From the NCBI RefSeq assembly GCF_001457615.1, contig NZ_LN831024.1:1770001-1802000 (forward strand): a DNA stretch of 32,000 nucleotides, written 5' to 3'. This stretch comes from Pseudomonas aeruginosa. Lineage in GTDB: Bacteria; Pseudomonadota; Gammaproteobacteria; Pseudomonadales; Pseudomonadaceae. The stretch's first letter is position 1; each line of letters opens with the position of its first letter. Positions 8,567 through 17,994 of this stretch are shown one piece after another. Below the pieces are notes generated by a model. The model saw nothing but the letters and a program-made list of their open reading frames with translations. It did no database searches and was not told where the DNA came from. The position numbers were made by a program, and so were the translations under genes.

Positions 8567-10747
8567 TCAGGCCTGGTTCAGGCTGCGCAGCGGCGGCGCG
8601 GCGTCGAAGCGGTAGGCGCGGAGGAACTCTTCCAGGGCCGCCAGCGGCAGCGGCCGGCTGAACAGGTAGCCCTGTACCAGCTCGCAATGGTTCTCCCGCA
8701 GGAACGCCAGTTGCTGCGGGGTCTCCACGCCCTCGGCGACGACTTTCAGATGGAGCTTCTGGGCCATCGCGATGATCGCCTGGGCGATTTCCATGTCCCG
8801 CTGCGAGGCGGGGATGTCCATGATGAACGAGCGATCCACCTTCAGCGCGTCCAGCGGCAGGCGCCGCAGGTAGGCGAGCGACGAATAGCCGGTGCCGAAG
8901 TCGTCGATCGACAGGCTGACGCCCAGCTCGCGGAGGCGTTCGAGCAGCGGGATGGTCTGGTCGATGTTGTACATCAGCGCGTCCTCGGTCACCTCCAGTT
9001 CGAGGAAGCACGCCGCCAGCCCGGCCTGCTCCAGCGCATGACGGACTTCGTCGACCAGGCTGGCCCGGCCGAGATTGCTGGCGCAGCAGTTGACCGCCAC
9101 CCGCAGCCGTTCGTGGCCGGCCAGGTGCAGGCTGCGCAGGTCGCGGCAGGCGCGTCGCAGCACCCAGTCGTCGAGCTGGTCGATCATGCCGTTGGCTTCG
9201 GCCAGGCCGATGAAGCGGTCCGGACCGAGCAGGCCCTGGGTCGGATGGCGCCAGCGCACCAATGCCTCCAACTGGTGTACCTCGCCGTCGGCGAGGGCGA
9301 GGATCGGCTGGTAGTGCAGCTCCAGTTGGTCGTCGCGCAGGGCCTGGCGCAGTTCCTCCTCCATCTGCAGTTCCTGGGTCGCCCGCACCAGCAGTTGCCG
9401 GCTGAAGAACTGCGCGTTGTTGCGCCCGCAGGCCTTGGACTGGTGCAGGGCCAGGCCGGCGTTCTTCAGCAACTCCTCGCACTGCTCGCCGTCGTTCGGG
9501 TAGAGGCTGACGCCGACGCTGGCGGTCATCACCAGGGTGCGCCCGTCCAGGGCGATGGGTTCCTTCATCTTCTGCATCAGGCGTTGCGAGAGGATGTGCG
9601 CCTCGTGGTCCTGGGTGAGGTCGGCGAGCACGCAGAACTCGTCGCCGGCGAAGCGCGCCACCACGTCGCTATCGCGCAACACGCTGCGGATGCGTTCGGA
9701 GACGATCTTCAGCAGTTGGTCGCCAGAGTCGTGGCCGAGGGAATCGTTGATCCGCTTGAAGTGATCGAGGTCGAGGAACATCACCGCCAGGCCCTTGCCT
9801 CTCAGGCGACAATTCTCCAGGTGCTGGACGAACACTTCGTTGAATGCCGTGCGGTTCTGCAGGCCGGTCAGGCTGTCGTAGCGAGCCATCTGGCGCAGCG
9901 AGGCGTGGGCGTGGTCGAGCTGGTTGAGCAGGGCGTTGACCCGGCTGTTTTCGCTGAGCCGGCGCTCCCGTTGTTTCTCCGACCATGCGGCCCAGATGCC
10001 GCAGGCGGCGATGGCGCTGGCGAGCACTCCGGTGAGCCAGCCCAGGCGCAGCGAGTCGGCGCTGGCTTGCAGTTCCAGCGGCGTGCCGGCGGGTACGCTG
10101 AGCACCAGCGCGGCCATCCCGGTGAAATGCATGGCGGCGATGGCGCCGGCCAGCAGCAGGCTGGCGATCAGTTTCATGTAGCGGTAGCGCGCGCTGCGCC
10201 GGCCGCGCAGGTAGGGGACCGCGGCGAGGGCGGTGAAGGCGGCGCCGATGGCGATCAGTACCGAAAGGGCGAACAGCGATGGCTGGTAGTACTGGGTGGC
10301 CACCGAGCGCATCGCCGCCATCCCGGTGTAGTGCATGGCAGCGATGCCCAGGCCGATGCAGCAGGCGGCGAGCAGGCAGGGCAGCACGCCGAAGCGCGGG
10401 CGGGCGGTCATGTACATCGCCAGGTACGAGGCGGCGACGGCGATCAGCAGCGACAGGCCGGTGATCGGCAGGTCGTAGCGCAGGGCGATCGGCGCGTGGA
10501 ACGCGAGCATGGCGACGAAATGCGTGGCCCAGATGCCGCTGCCCAGGCAGAACGCCCCGATCCATTGCCAGAGGCGCGGGTGGCTCAGGCTGTTGCCGAC
10601 CCGCTCGACCATGTCCAGTGCCGTGTACCCGGCGAGGCAGGCGACGAGGAAGGCGAGCGCCACCAGCGATGGCGAATAGGTGCAGTTCTGCAGCACGTAG
10701 CCGTCGACGGGAGACTCTCCGAGGAAGCGCAGGCCTTGCCAATCCAT
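8567..10747 (-). CDS. nbdA: MHYT-GGDEF(AGDEF)-EAL c-di-GMP phosphodiesterase NbdA
   Basis: MHYT-type integral domain (HFVAMLAFHAP, IAAMHYTGMAAM, IAAMHFTGMAAL), degenerate AGDEF, EAL (LEALVRWRHP; DDFGTGYSSLAYLRRLPLDALKVDRSFI). Start placed at ATG 10747 (SD AGGGAG) rather than 10918; see finding. Confidence 0.9.
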   Translation of the reverse strand: MDWQGLRFLGESPVDGYVLQNCTYSPSLVALAFLVACLAGYTALDMVERVGNSLSHPRLWQWIGAFCLGSGIWATHFVAMLAFHAPIALRYDLPITGLSLLIAVAASYLAMYMTARPRFGVLPCLLAACCIGLGIAAMHYTGMAAMRSVATQYYQPSLFALSVLIAIGAAFTALAAVPYLRGRRSARYRYMKLIASLLLAGAIAAMHFTGMAALVLSVPAGTPLELQASADSLRLGWLTGVLASAIAACGIWAAWSEKQRERRLSENSRVNALLNQLDHAHASLRQMARYDSLTGLQNRTAFNEVFVQHLENCRLRGKGLAVMFLDLDHFKRINDSLGHDSGDQLLKIVSERIRSVLRDSDVVARFAGDEFCVLADLTQDHEAHILSQRLMQKMKEPIALDGRTLVMTASVGVSLYPNDGEQCEELLKNAGLALHQSKACGRNNAQFFSRQLLVRATQELQMEEELRQALRDDQLELHYQPILALADGEVHQLEALVRWRHPTQGLLGPDRFIGLAEANGMIDQLDDWVLRRACRDLRSLHLAGHERLRVAVNCCASNLGRASLVDEVRHALEQAGLAACFLELEVTEDALMYNIDQTIPLLERLRELGVSLSIDDFGTGYSSLAYLRRLPLDALKVDRSFIMDIPASQRDMEIAQAIIAMAQKLHLKVVAEGVETPQQLAFLRENHCELVQGYLFSRPLPLAALEEFLRAYRFDAAPPLRSLNQA

Positions 10748-10818
10748 AGCGGTGTCTCCCTGGACACGGAAAACCCGCGGACGGCGCGGGTGCGGGCTGG
10801 GGGTGGCATTGTGCTTCC

Positions 10819-10825
10819 AGTATAG
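10819..10825 (-). promoter_or_regulatory. Probable -10 element (CTATACT, sigma-S-type) for nbdA
   Basis: Minus strand reads ...CCGCTATCTATACTGGAAG...; CTATACT matches the sigma-S/sigma-70 extended consensus; predicted start about 10812. Confidence 0.5.
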
Positions 10826-11001
10826 ATAGCGGGAGCCACCTGCAAGGTCGGCATGGAAGGAAGTCGCTGGCCGCCGACATACGGCCGGTTTCGGCATTTT
10901 CCCGGGGAGAAAAGGCATAGCTGAGCTTGTTCCGGCTCCATCGCCACGGGCATGATCGCTGCGCCCGCGAGGGCTCGCGAGGCTTCACGAAATTTTGACC
11001 A

Positions 11002-11025
11002 GGCGCCCGATAGAGTTCGGGCGCC
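11002..11025 (+). repeat. Perfect 9-bp hairpin in the leader of the phosphoethanolamine-transferase-like gene
   Basis: GGCGCCCGA (11002-11010), loop TAGAGT, TCGGGCGCC (11017-11025). Confidence 0.6.
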
Positions 11026-11073
11026 CCGCCACGGGGGGTGGCGGCGGTCCGTTACGTTTCAGGAGTTGCTTCA

Positions 11074-12729
11074 ATGGGTGGGGGTATCAAGCGTTTCTTG
11101 CCGGCTATCGGTTCGACCCGGCTGGTGATGCTGTTCGCGCTGGTTCTGGTGGTGTTCTACAACGCGGCGACCTGGAAGGCCCTGCATGGCCTGGTGCCGC
11201 TGCAAGGCTTGAAGGGCTTCGCGTTCTTCGCTTCGTTCGCGGCGTTCCTGTGGGCCGCCTTCACGCTCCTGCTGACCCTGGTTTCCTTCCGCCCGCTGCT
11301 CAAGCCGGCCTTGACCCTGGTCGCCCTGTGCTCGGCCGGCGCGACCTACTTCATGGGTAGCTACGGCATCAGCATCGACACGGTGATGGTGCAGAACGTC
11401 TTCGAGACCAACGCCACCGAGGCCGGCGACCTGGTCAACCCGACCCTGCTCGGCTACCTGCTGCTGCTCGGTGTCCTGCCTTCGCTGCTGATCTGGCTCT
11501 GGCCGGTACGCTACCGGCCGTTCTTCCGCGGCCTGCTGAACAAGATCCTGACGCTGCTCGGCTGCCTGCTGATCGTCGCGGTAATGGTAGGCAGCTTCTA
11601 TTCCACCTACGCGCCGATCTTCCGCGAGGAAGACAAGCTGACCCACTTCATCAACCCGACCAACTACATCTACGCGGTGGGCAAGTACGCCAAGCAGCGC
11701 CTGGTGATCAAGGAGCACCTGGTGGTCGAGCCGATCGGCCTGGACGCCCGCCAGGCGCCGGCTGCGCTGCAGCGACAGAAGAAATCGCTGCTGGTGTTCG
11801 TGGTCGGCGAGACCGCCCGTGCCGACCATTTCTCGCTGAACGGCTACGCCCGCGAGACCAACCCGGAGCTGAGCAAGCAGGACATCGTCAACTTCACCCA
11901 GGTCCGTTCCTGCGGCACTTCCACCGCGGTCTCGGTGCCCTGCATGTTCTCCCAGTACCCGCGCGAGGACTACAGCGACAAGAAGGCCAAGACCCACGAA
12001 GGCCTGCTGGACATTCTCCAGCGTGCCGGCGTGCAGGTGTTGTGGCTGGAGAACAACAGCGACTGCAAGGGCACCTGCCTGCGGGTGCCCAACCGGGACA
12101 TCCCGAAGACCCAGCCGAGTCCGTTCTGCGACGGCAAGAACTGCCTGGACGAGTCGCTGCTGGTAGGCCTGCAGGAGTACATCGACGGGTTGCAGGACGA
12201 CGCCATCATCGTCCTGCACTCCGATGGCAGCCACGGTCCCGAGTACTACGAGCGCTACCCGAAGGAGATGGAACGCTTCCAGCCGGTATGCCGGACCAAC
12301 CAGCTCGGCAGTTGCAGCAAGGAAGAGCTGGTGAACGTCTACGACAACACCATCCTCTATACCGACCACTTCCTGACGAAGGTGATCGAATTGCTCAAGC
12401 GGAATGCCGACAAGCGCGATACGGCGATGATCTACGTGTCCGACCACGGCGAGTCGCTGGGCGAGAATGGCGTCTACCTGCACGCGGCGCCCTATTCGAT
12501 CGCGCCCCAGGCGCAGATCCACGTGCCGATGGTCATGTGGTTCGCCCCGCAGGCGCTGGGCAACTGGGGCATCCAGCGCAGTTGCCTGGACGGCAAGCGC
12601 GACGACAAGGACCTGAGCCACGACAACCTGTTCCACTCGGTGCTCGGCCTGCTGGACGTACAGACTTCGCTGTACCAGCCGGCGCTGGACATCTTCGCCA
12701 GTTGCCGCGCGCCCAGGGCAGCCCAGTGA
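11074..12729 (+). CDS. Phosphoethanolamine transferase (EptA/sulfatase-fold family) membrane protein
   Basis: N-terminal TM block, periplasmic domain with VVGETARADHFSLNGYARETNPEL (nucleophile Thr), VSVPCMFSQYPRED, HSDGSHGPEYYERYP, VSDHGESLGENG. AGGAG at 11061-11065 supports ATG 11074. Confidence 0.88.
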   Translation: MGGGIKRFLPAIGSTRLVMLFALVLVVFYNAATWKALHGLVPLQGLKGFAFFASFAAFLWAAFTLLLTLVSFRPLLKPALTLVALCSAGATYFMGSYGISIDTVMVQNVFETNATEAGDLVNPTLLGYLLLLGVLPSLLIWLWPVRYRPFFRGLLNKILTLLGCLLIVAVMVGSFYSTYAPIFREEDKLTHFINPTNYIYAVGKYAKQRLVIKEHLVVEPIGLDARQAPAALQRQKKSLLVFVVGETARADHFSLNGYARETNPELSKQDIVNFTQVRSCGTSTAVSVPCMFSQYPREDYSDKKAKTHEGLLDILQRAGVQVLWLENNSDCKGTCLRVPNRDIPKTQPSPFCDGKNCLDESLLVGLQEYIDGLQDDAIIVLHSDGSHGPEYYERYPKEMERFQPVCRTNQLGSCSKEELVNVYDNTILYTDHFLTKVIELLKRNADKRDTAMIYVSDHGESLGENGVYLHAAPYSIAPQAQIHVPMVMWFAPQALGNWGIQRSCLDGKRDDKDLSHDNLFHSVLGLLDVQTSLYQPALDIFASCRAPRAAQ

Positions 12730-12746
12730 GCGACGGGGGCTGAAAG

Positions 12747-12784
12747 AAAAAAGGCCGTGGAGGATTCCCCCCACGGCCTTTTTC
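12747..12784. terminator. Bidirectional intrinsic terminator
   Basis: AAAAGGCCGTGG-agga-ttcccc-CCACGGCCTTTTT between two convergent genes; A-tract and T-tract flank the stem on both strands. Confidence 0.85.
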
Positions 12785-12797
12785 GTCGGCTTTCGCC

Positions 12798-13253
12798 TTA
12801 TTTGTCGCGGACCAGCAGGACCGGACGCGAAGCCACGCGGATCAGGCCTTCCGCCACGCTGCCGAGCATCAGGCGGCGCATGCCGCGACGACCATGGGTG
12901 CCCATGACCACCACGTCGGCATCGCTGGCCTGGGCCTCGAGCTCGATGCGCTCGGCGATTTCCTCGCTGGCGCGCTCCTGGCAGACGCGATCGAAGGTGG
13001 CGCCTTCGACGTTGCTCGCCTCGACCTTCTCGCGGGCCTTGGCCAGGACGTCATCGGCGGCTTTCAGCGCGGCTTCGCGCAGCGGCTCGGGGTTGTAGTA
13101 CACCGCGTAGTCGGGAAGGTGGCGCAGCGGGCTGTCGACGATGGTGATGACGCGCAGCTTGCCGCCGCTGAGGCCGGCCAGCTTGATGGCCTCTTCCAGG
13201 GCGCGGTCGGAGACCGGGCTGCCGTCCACGGCTACCAGAATGCGATCGTACAT
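12798..13253 (-). CDS. uspK: Universal stress protein (UspA family), UspK
   Basis: 151 aa: MYDRILVAVDGSPVSDRALEEAIKLA...VVMGTHGRRGMRRLMLGSVAEGLIRVASRPVLLVRDK, the classic G-2x-G-9x-GS(V/T) Usp nucleotide-binding motif. Confidence 0.9.
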   Translation of the reverse strand: MYDRILVAVDGSPVSDRALEEAIKLAGLSGGKLRVITIVDSPLRHLPDYAVYYNPEPLREAALKAADDVLAKAREKVEASNVEGATFDRVCQERASEEIAERIELEAQASDADVVVMGTHGRRGMRRLMLGSVAEGLIRVASRPVLLVRDK

Positions 13254-13310
13254 AAGGTGTCCCTCCAGAGTGAGTGTCCGCCCGCCGGGCGTTCTTGAAA
13301 CTTCAAGGAC

Positions 13311-13352
13311 ACTGTAGACCCTCGCGGCCGGCGGACCTTTGCCGGAGGTCAA
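13311..13352 (-). promoter_or_regulatory. Putative ANR/DNR-dependent promoter of uspK
   Basis: Minus strand TTGACCTCCGGCAA (13352-13339; one mismatch to TTGAC-N4-GTCAA) and -10-like TACAGT (13316-13311); predicted start about 13304 puts the box at about -41.5. Confidence 0.55.
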
Positions 13353-13481
13353 TAAGTCGCAGGGCGACCGTCGCGATTCCGCTGCGACGCCTGGCTCGCG
13401 GCCCGGCGGGGGCCGGGGAACGGGGCGAACGGTCGCCGCGCGGCCATTCGCCGTTGCGGCCTTCGCTGGAAATGAAATGAA

Positions 13482-13510
13482 AGAAGCCATGGGGGATGCC
13501 CATGGCTTCT
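13482..13510 (-). terminator. Probable terminator of rapA
   Basis: Perfect 12-bp stem AGAAGCCATGGG / CCCATGGCTTCT with 5-nt loop, just 3' of the rapA stop; minus strand continues TTTCATTTCATTT. Confidence 0.65.
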
Positions 13511-13535
13511 CGTTTCGCGCAGCCGTTGCCGGGCG

Positions 13536-16382
13536 TCAGCCGGCGACCAGGATGCGGATCGCCTCGAGGCGCAGGGAGGCCTTGTCGAGCAGGGCCAGGC
13601 CTTCCTCGCGCTGGGTGCGCAGGCTGTCCAGCTCGCTGTCGCGGACGCTCGGGTTGACCGCCTTGAGCGCGGTCAGGCGCGCCAGTTCCTCGTCCATGGC
13701 GGCGGCGAACTGCTGCTTGGCCCTGGCCACGCGTTCCTCGTGGCGCGGGACGATCTTGCCCTCGGCCACGTCGAACTGCTTGGCCAGCACATCGCGCTGG
13801 GCCTGGACGAACTTGTTGGCGCTGACCCGTGGCACGCTTTCCAGCTGGTCGTTGAGGGTTTCCAGGGACACCCGGCCGGCCAGGTCGTTGCCGTTGGCGT
13901 CGAGCAGGCAGCGCAGGGCCTGCGGCGGCAGCCAGCGGCCGAGCTGGAGGGCGCGCGGTGCCACGGCTTCGCTGACGAACAGGAGTTCGAGCAGCACGGT
14001 GCCGGGCTTCAGCGCCTTGTTCTTGATCAGCGCCACCGAGGTGTTGCCCATCGAGCCGGACAGCACCAGGTCCATGCCGCCCTGAACCATCGGATGTTCC
14101 CAGGTGAGGAACTGCATGTCCTCGCGGGCCAGCGCCTGGGCACGGTCGTAGGTGATGGTCACGCCTTCGTCGTCGCCGAGGGGGAAGCCGGCGTCGAGCA
14201 TCTTCTCGCTTGGCTTGAGGATCAGGGCATTTTCCGAATGGTCTTCGCTGTGGATGCCGTAGGCGTCGAACAGGCGCTCCATGTAGATCGGCAGGGCGAA
14301 GTCGTCGTCCTGTTCCTCGATGGCCTCCACCAGCGCCTCGCCTTCGCCGGCGCCGCCGGAGTTCAGCTCGAGCAGGCGGTCGCGACCGCTGTGCAGCTCC
14401 GCTTCGAGGGCTTCGCGACGGGCGCGGCCTTCGGCGAGCAGCGCGTCCCAGGCCTTGTCCTCGCCGCCGTCGAGCAGCGGCAGCAGGCGCGGGCCGAACT
14501 CGTGTTGCAGGGCGTTGCCGGTGGGGCAGGTATTGAGGAAGGCGTTCAGCGCCTGGTGATACCACTGGAACAGGCGCTGCTGGGCGCTGTTCTCCAGGTG
14601 CGGTACGTGCAACTGGATGGTGTGTCGCTGGCCGATCCGGTCGAGGCGGCCGATGCGCTGCTCGAGCAGGTCCGGGTGGGCCGGCAGGTCGAACAGCACC
14701 AGATGGTGGGCGAACTGGAAGTTGCGGCCTTCGCTGCCGATTTCCGAGCAGATCAGCACCTGGGCGCCGAACTCTTCGTCGGCGAAGTAGGCGGCGGCGC
14801 GGTCGCGCTCGAGAATGCTCATGCCTTCGTGGAACACCGTGGCGGAGATGCCCGAACGCAGGCGCAGGGCGTCTTCCAGGTCGAGGGCCGTCTCGGCGTG
14901 GGCACAGATGACCAGGACCTTGAACTGCTTGAGCATCTTCAGGGTATCGATCAGCCACTCGACGCGCGGGTCGAAGCGCCACCAGCGGTTGTTGTCGTCG
15001 CCGTCTTCCCACTGCTGCTGGAAATTCACTTCCGGATACAGGTCCGGGTGTTCGCCGGCCGGCAATTCCTCGTACTGGCTCGGCATCGGCAACGGATAGG
15101 CGTGCAGTTCGCGCTGGGGGAAGCCCTGCACGGCGGCACGGGTGTTGCGGAACAGCACGCGACCGGTGCCGTGGCGGTCGAGCAGCTCGCGGACCAGGCG
15201 CGAGCGAGCTTCTTCATCGCCACCCTCGACGCTGGCCAGCAGCTCGTCGCCCTCGCTGCCGAGGAAGCCGTGGATGGCCTTGCGCGCGCCGGCGGAAAGA
15301 CTGCCGTGGTCGAGCAGTTCCTGCACCGCTTCGGCGACCGGACGATATTGCTCGCTCTCCCGGCGGAACGCTTCGAGGTCGTGGAAACGATTCGGATCGA
15401 GCAGGCGCAGGCGCGCGAAGTGGCTGTCCTGGCCGAGTTGCTCCGGGGTCGCGGTGAGCAACAGGACGCCGGGAATGATCTCCGCCAGTTGCTCGACCAG
15501 CGCGTATTCGGCGCTGACCTGGTCCTGGTGCCAGACCAAGTGGTGGGCTTCGTCGACCACCAGCAGGTCCCAGCCGGCGGCGAACAGGGCGTCCTGGGCG
15601 CGTTCGTCTTCCTTCAGCCACTCCAGGGCGACCAGGGCCAACTGGGTGTCCTCGAAGGGATTGCTGGCATCGCTTTCGGCGAAGCGCTCCTTGTCGAACA
15701 GGGCCACCTGCAGGTTGAAGCGCCGGCGCATCTCCACCAGCCACTGGTGCTGGAGGTTTTCCGGGACCAGGATCAGCACCCGCCCGGCGCGGCCGGAGAG
15801 CAACTGGCGATGGATGATCAGGCCGGCCTCGATGGTCTTGCCCAGGCCCACTTCGTCGGCCAGCAGGACGCGCGGCGCCATGCGGTCGGCGACTTCGCGG
15901 GCGATGTGCAACTGGTGGGCGATCGGCTGGGCGCGGGCGCCGCCGAGGCCCCAGAGCGAGGACTGGAGCAGTTGGCTGCGGCGTTCGAGAGTGTGGTAGC
16001 GCAGGGAGAACCAGGGCAGGGGATCGATCTGTCCGGCGAACAGACGGTCGCTGGCGAGGCGGAACTGGATGAAGTTGGAGAGCTGGGTTTCCGGCAGGGT
16101 GCGCTGCTCGTTCTGCGCGGTGAGGCCGTGGTACACCAATAGGCCCTCGCTTTCCTCGACCTCGCGAACGGTCATCTTCCAGCCTTCGAAGTGCGTCACT
16201 TCATCGCCGGGGGCGAAGCGCACGCGGGTCAGCGGCGCATTGCGCAAGGCGTATTGGCGGGTATCGCCGGTCGCCGGATAGAGCACGGTGAGCAGGCGGC
16301 CATCCTGGGCCAGGATGGTCCCCAGGCCCAATTCCGCTTCACTGTCGCTGATCCAGCGTTGCCCCGGTTGATACTGCGCCAT
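13536..16382 (-). CDS. rapA: RNA polymerase-associated SWI2/SNF2-family ATPase RapA (HepA)
   Basis: 948 aa: [24 protein letters not shown]; helicase motifs [94 protein letters not shown]. Confidence 0.95.
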
Positions 16383-16623
16383 GTCCACCTCCCAAAAAAG
16401 CCGGGTATGGTACCGCAACGCGTGGCGTTGAGCGACGCTTGGCGATGGATTGCGTGTTGCGCCACGGCTTCGTCGGAGAGCCGTCCGTCGGTACGGGAGC
16501 GACCGCCTGGCGGCTGGTTCTCAAGTCGAGCGGCGGGTCGACCGATAACCCTTGTAGAAGAACGCCGCAAACCGGCACGCTGCGAGAACCCATGACGCGG
16601 CACTACCCAGAGAGGTTGCCTGC

Positions 16624-16932
16624 ATGCTTCCGCCGATCCCCCAGGGCCTGATCCCGGTCACCGTCCAGCAGGACCCGCCCAAGCCCCGTCCGGCCACGCC
16701 GCCGGTCGCGCCGACCCAGGCTGGCGCGGGCAGCGATGGCGTCGCCTTGCGCCAGGAGCGCGACGAGGAAAGCTGGCTGGAAGAGGAATACCGCCGTCGC
16801 CAGCGCCGCCAGGGCGGCGAGGCGCACGCGCGGAGCGACGAGGGGGACGAGGCGCCGGCTGACGAGGCGGGGGAGAGCGCCCAGGCGGACGAGCTGCCGC
16901 GCAAGGGACAATTGATCGACATCGAAGTGTAA
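16624..16932 (+). CDS. Conserved hypothetical protein (102 aa)
   Basis: ORF with SD-like gagagg at about 8 nt; acidic/Glu-rich C-terminal half. Confidence 0.65.
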   Translation: MLPPIPQGLIPVTVQQDPPKPRPATPPVAPTQAGAGSDGVALRQERDEESWLEEEYRRRQRRQGGEAHARSDEGDEAPADEAGESAQADELPRKGQLIDIEV

Positions 16933-16985
16933 CCCTGGTTTTCCAGGCTTCAGCAGCGGCCTTGCGGCGTAGTAACCTGCGGCCC

Positions 16986-17588
16986 ATGGACCTGTTCGCC
17001 GACGCACCCCTGACCCTGCCGGACGCCGACCTGCGCTATCTCCCGCATTGGCTGGATGCGCCGCTGGCGAGCGCCTGGCTGTTGCGCCTGGAACAGGAAA
17101 CGCCCTGGGAACAGCCGATCCTGCGCATCCATGGCGAGGAGCATCCGACCCCGCGCCTGGTGGCCTGGTACGGCGACCCTGACGCCGCCTACCGTTATTC
17201 CGGCCAGGTCCACCGGCCGCTGCCATGGACCGCGTTGCTCGGCGAGATCCGCGAGCGCGTGGAGCGCGAGGTCGGCCAGCGGGTCAACGGCGTGCTGCTG
17301 AACTACTACCGCGACGGCCAGGACTCCATGGGCTGGCACAGCGACGACGAGCCAGAGCTGCGCCGCGATCCGCTGGTCGCCTCGCTCAGTCTCGGCGGCA
17401 GCCGCCGCTTCGACCTGCGGCGCAAGGGCCAGACCCGCATCGCCCACTCTCTGGAACTGACCCATGGCAGCCTGCTGGTCATGCGCGGCGCAACCCAGCA
17501 TCATTGGCAACATCAGGTGGCGAAGACCCGCCGCTCCTGCATGCCCCGTTTGAACCTGACCTTCCGCCTGGTGTACCCCCAGCCATGA
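16986..17588 (+). CDS. AlkB-family 2-oxoglutarate/Fe(II) dioxygenase
   Basis: NYYRDGQDSMGWHSDDEPELRRDPLVASLSLGGSRRFDLRRK...HGSLLVMRGATQHHWQHQV...RLNLTFR: HxD...H and RxNxTFR motifs. Start ATG at 16986. Confidence 0.9.
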   Translation: MDLFADAPLTLPDADLRYLPHWLDAPLASAWLLRLEQETPWEQPILRIHGEEHPTPRLVAWYGDPDAAYRYSGQVHRPLPWTALLGEIRERVEREVGQRVNGVLLNYYRDGQDSMGWHSDDEPELRRDPLVASLSLGGSRRFDLRRKGQTRIAHSLELTHGSLLVMRGATQHHWQHQVAKTRRSCMPRLNLTFRLVYPQP

Positions 17589-17746
17589 ACGACGACGACA
17601 AGGTGATCGACCTCAGCGCCGAGCGCGACAAGCGCATCCACGACGTGCACGAGAAGCGCCTGCAGGAGGTCCGCAAGGCCTTCGAACAGGTGTTGCCGCT
17701 GGGCAAGCCGCGGAAGAAGCCGAAAGGCAAGCCGAAGAAGCGCTGA
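17585..17746 (+). CDS. Small basic-tailed protein (53 aa)
   Basis: MNDDDKVIDLSAERDKRIHDVHEKRLQEVRKAFEQVLPLGKPRKKPKGKPKKR; ATGA overlap with the alkB-like stop, suggesting translational coupling. Confidence 0.65.
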   Translation: MNDDDKVIDLSAERDKRIHDVHEKRLQEVRKAFEQVLPLGKPRKKPKGKPKKR

Positions 17747-17859
17747 AGCCTCCGCCGCCGCGTTCGCCGGCGGCGCATTCCTGCGGGCAACGTGCGGCGA
17801 TCGGGCAGGTTTTTCCCGGTTATCTGCGGCGTCCGACCGCATTCTCCCTCCTGCGAAAC

Positions 17860-17873
17860 TTGACCTGGGTCAG
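17860..17873 (+). promoter_or_regulatory. ANR/FNR-like site, distal to phrS
   Basis: TTGAC-CTGG-GTCAG, one mismatch from palindromic consensus, exactly 50 bp upstream (centre to centre) of the proximal ANR box. Confidence 0.5.
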
Positions 17874-17909
17874 TGTCATGCACCTGGCCGAAAAAGCCCG
17901 TCCGGGCGA

Positions 17910-17923
17910 TTGATCCAGGTCAA
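17910..17923 (+). promoter_or_regulatory. ANR box of phrS
   Basis: TTGAT-CCAG-GTCAA; -10-like TAATCT at 17945-17950; box centre about 41 bp upstream of the deduced +1 (about 17957). Confidence 0.85.
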
Positions 17924-17994
17924 TATTGCGCCGCCGCGCCTCGCTAATCTGAGCCCATCGAGCAACACCCAACCGGCAACTGGAGGCCATCAAC

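Noticed and set aside
8687-10825. 712-aa plus-strand ORF opposite nbdA
   Set aside because: Antisense shadow of nbdA.
11071-12774. 567-aa minus-strand ORF opposite the phosphoethanolamine transferase-like gene
   Set aside because: Antisense shadow; also runs into the bidirectional terminator.
13740-16142. 800-aa plus-strand ORF opposite rapA
   Set aside because: Antisense shadow of rapA; no recognisable motifs.
17750-17790. Imperfect GC hairpin (gccgccgcg-ttc-gccggcggc) after the 53-aa ORF as a strong terminator
   Set aside because: No following T-tract; could still have weak activity but I cannot support it as a terminator.
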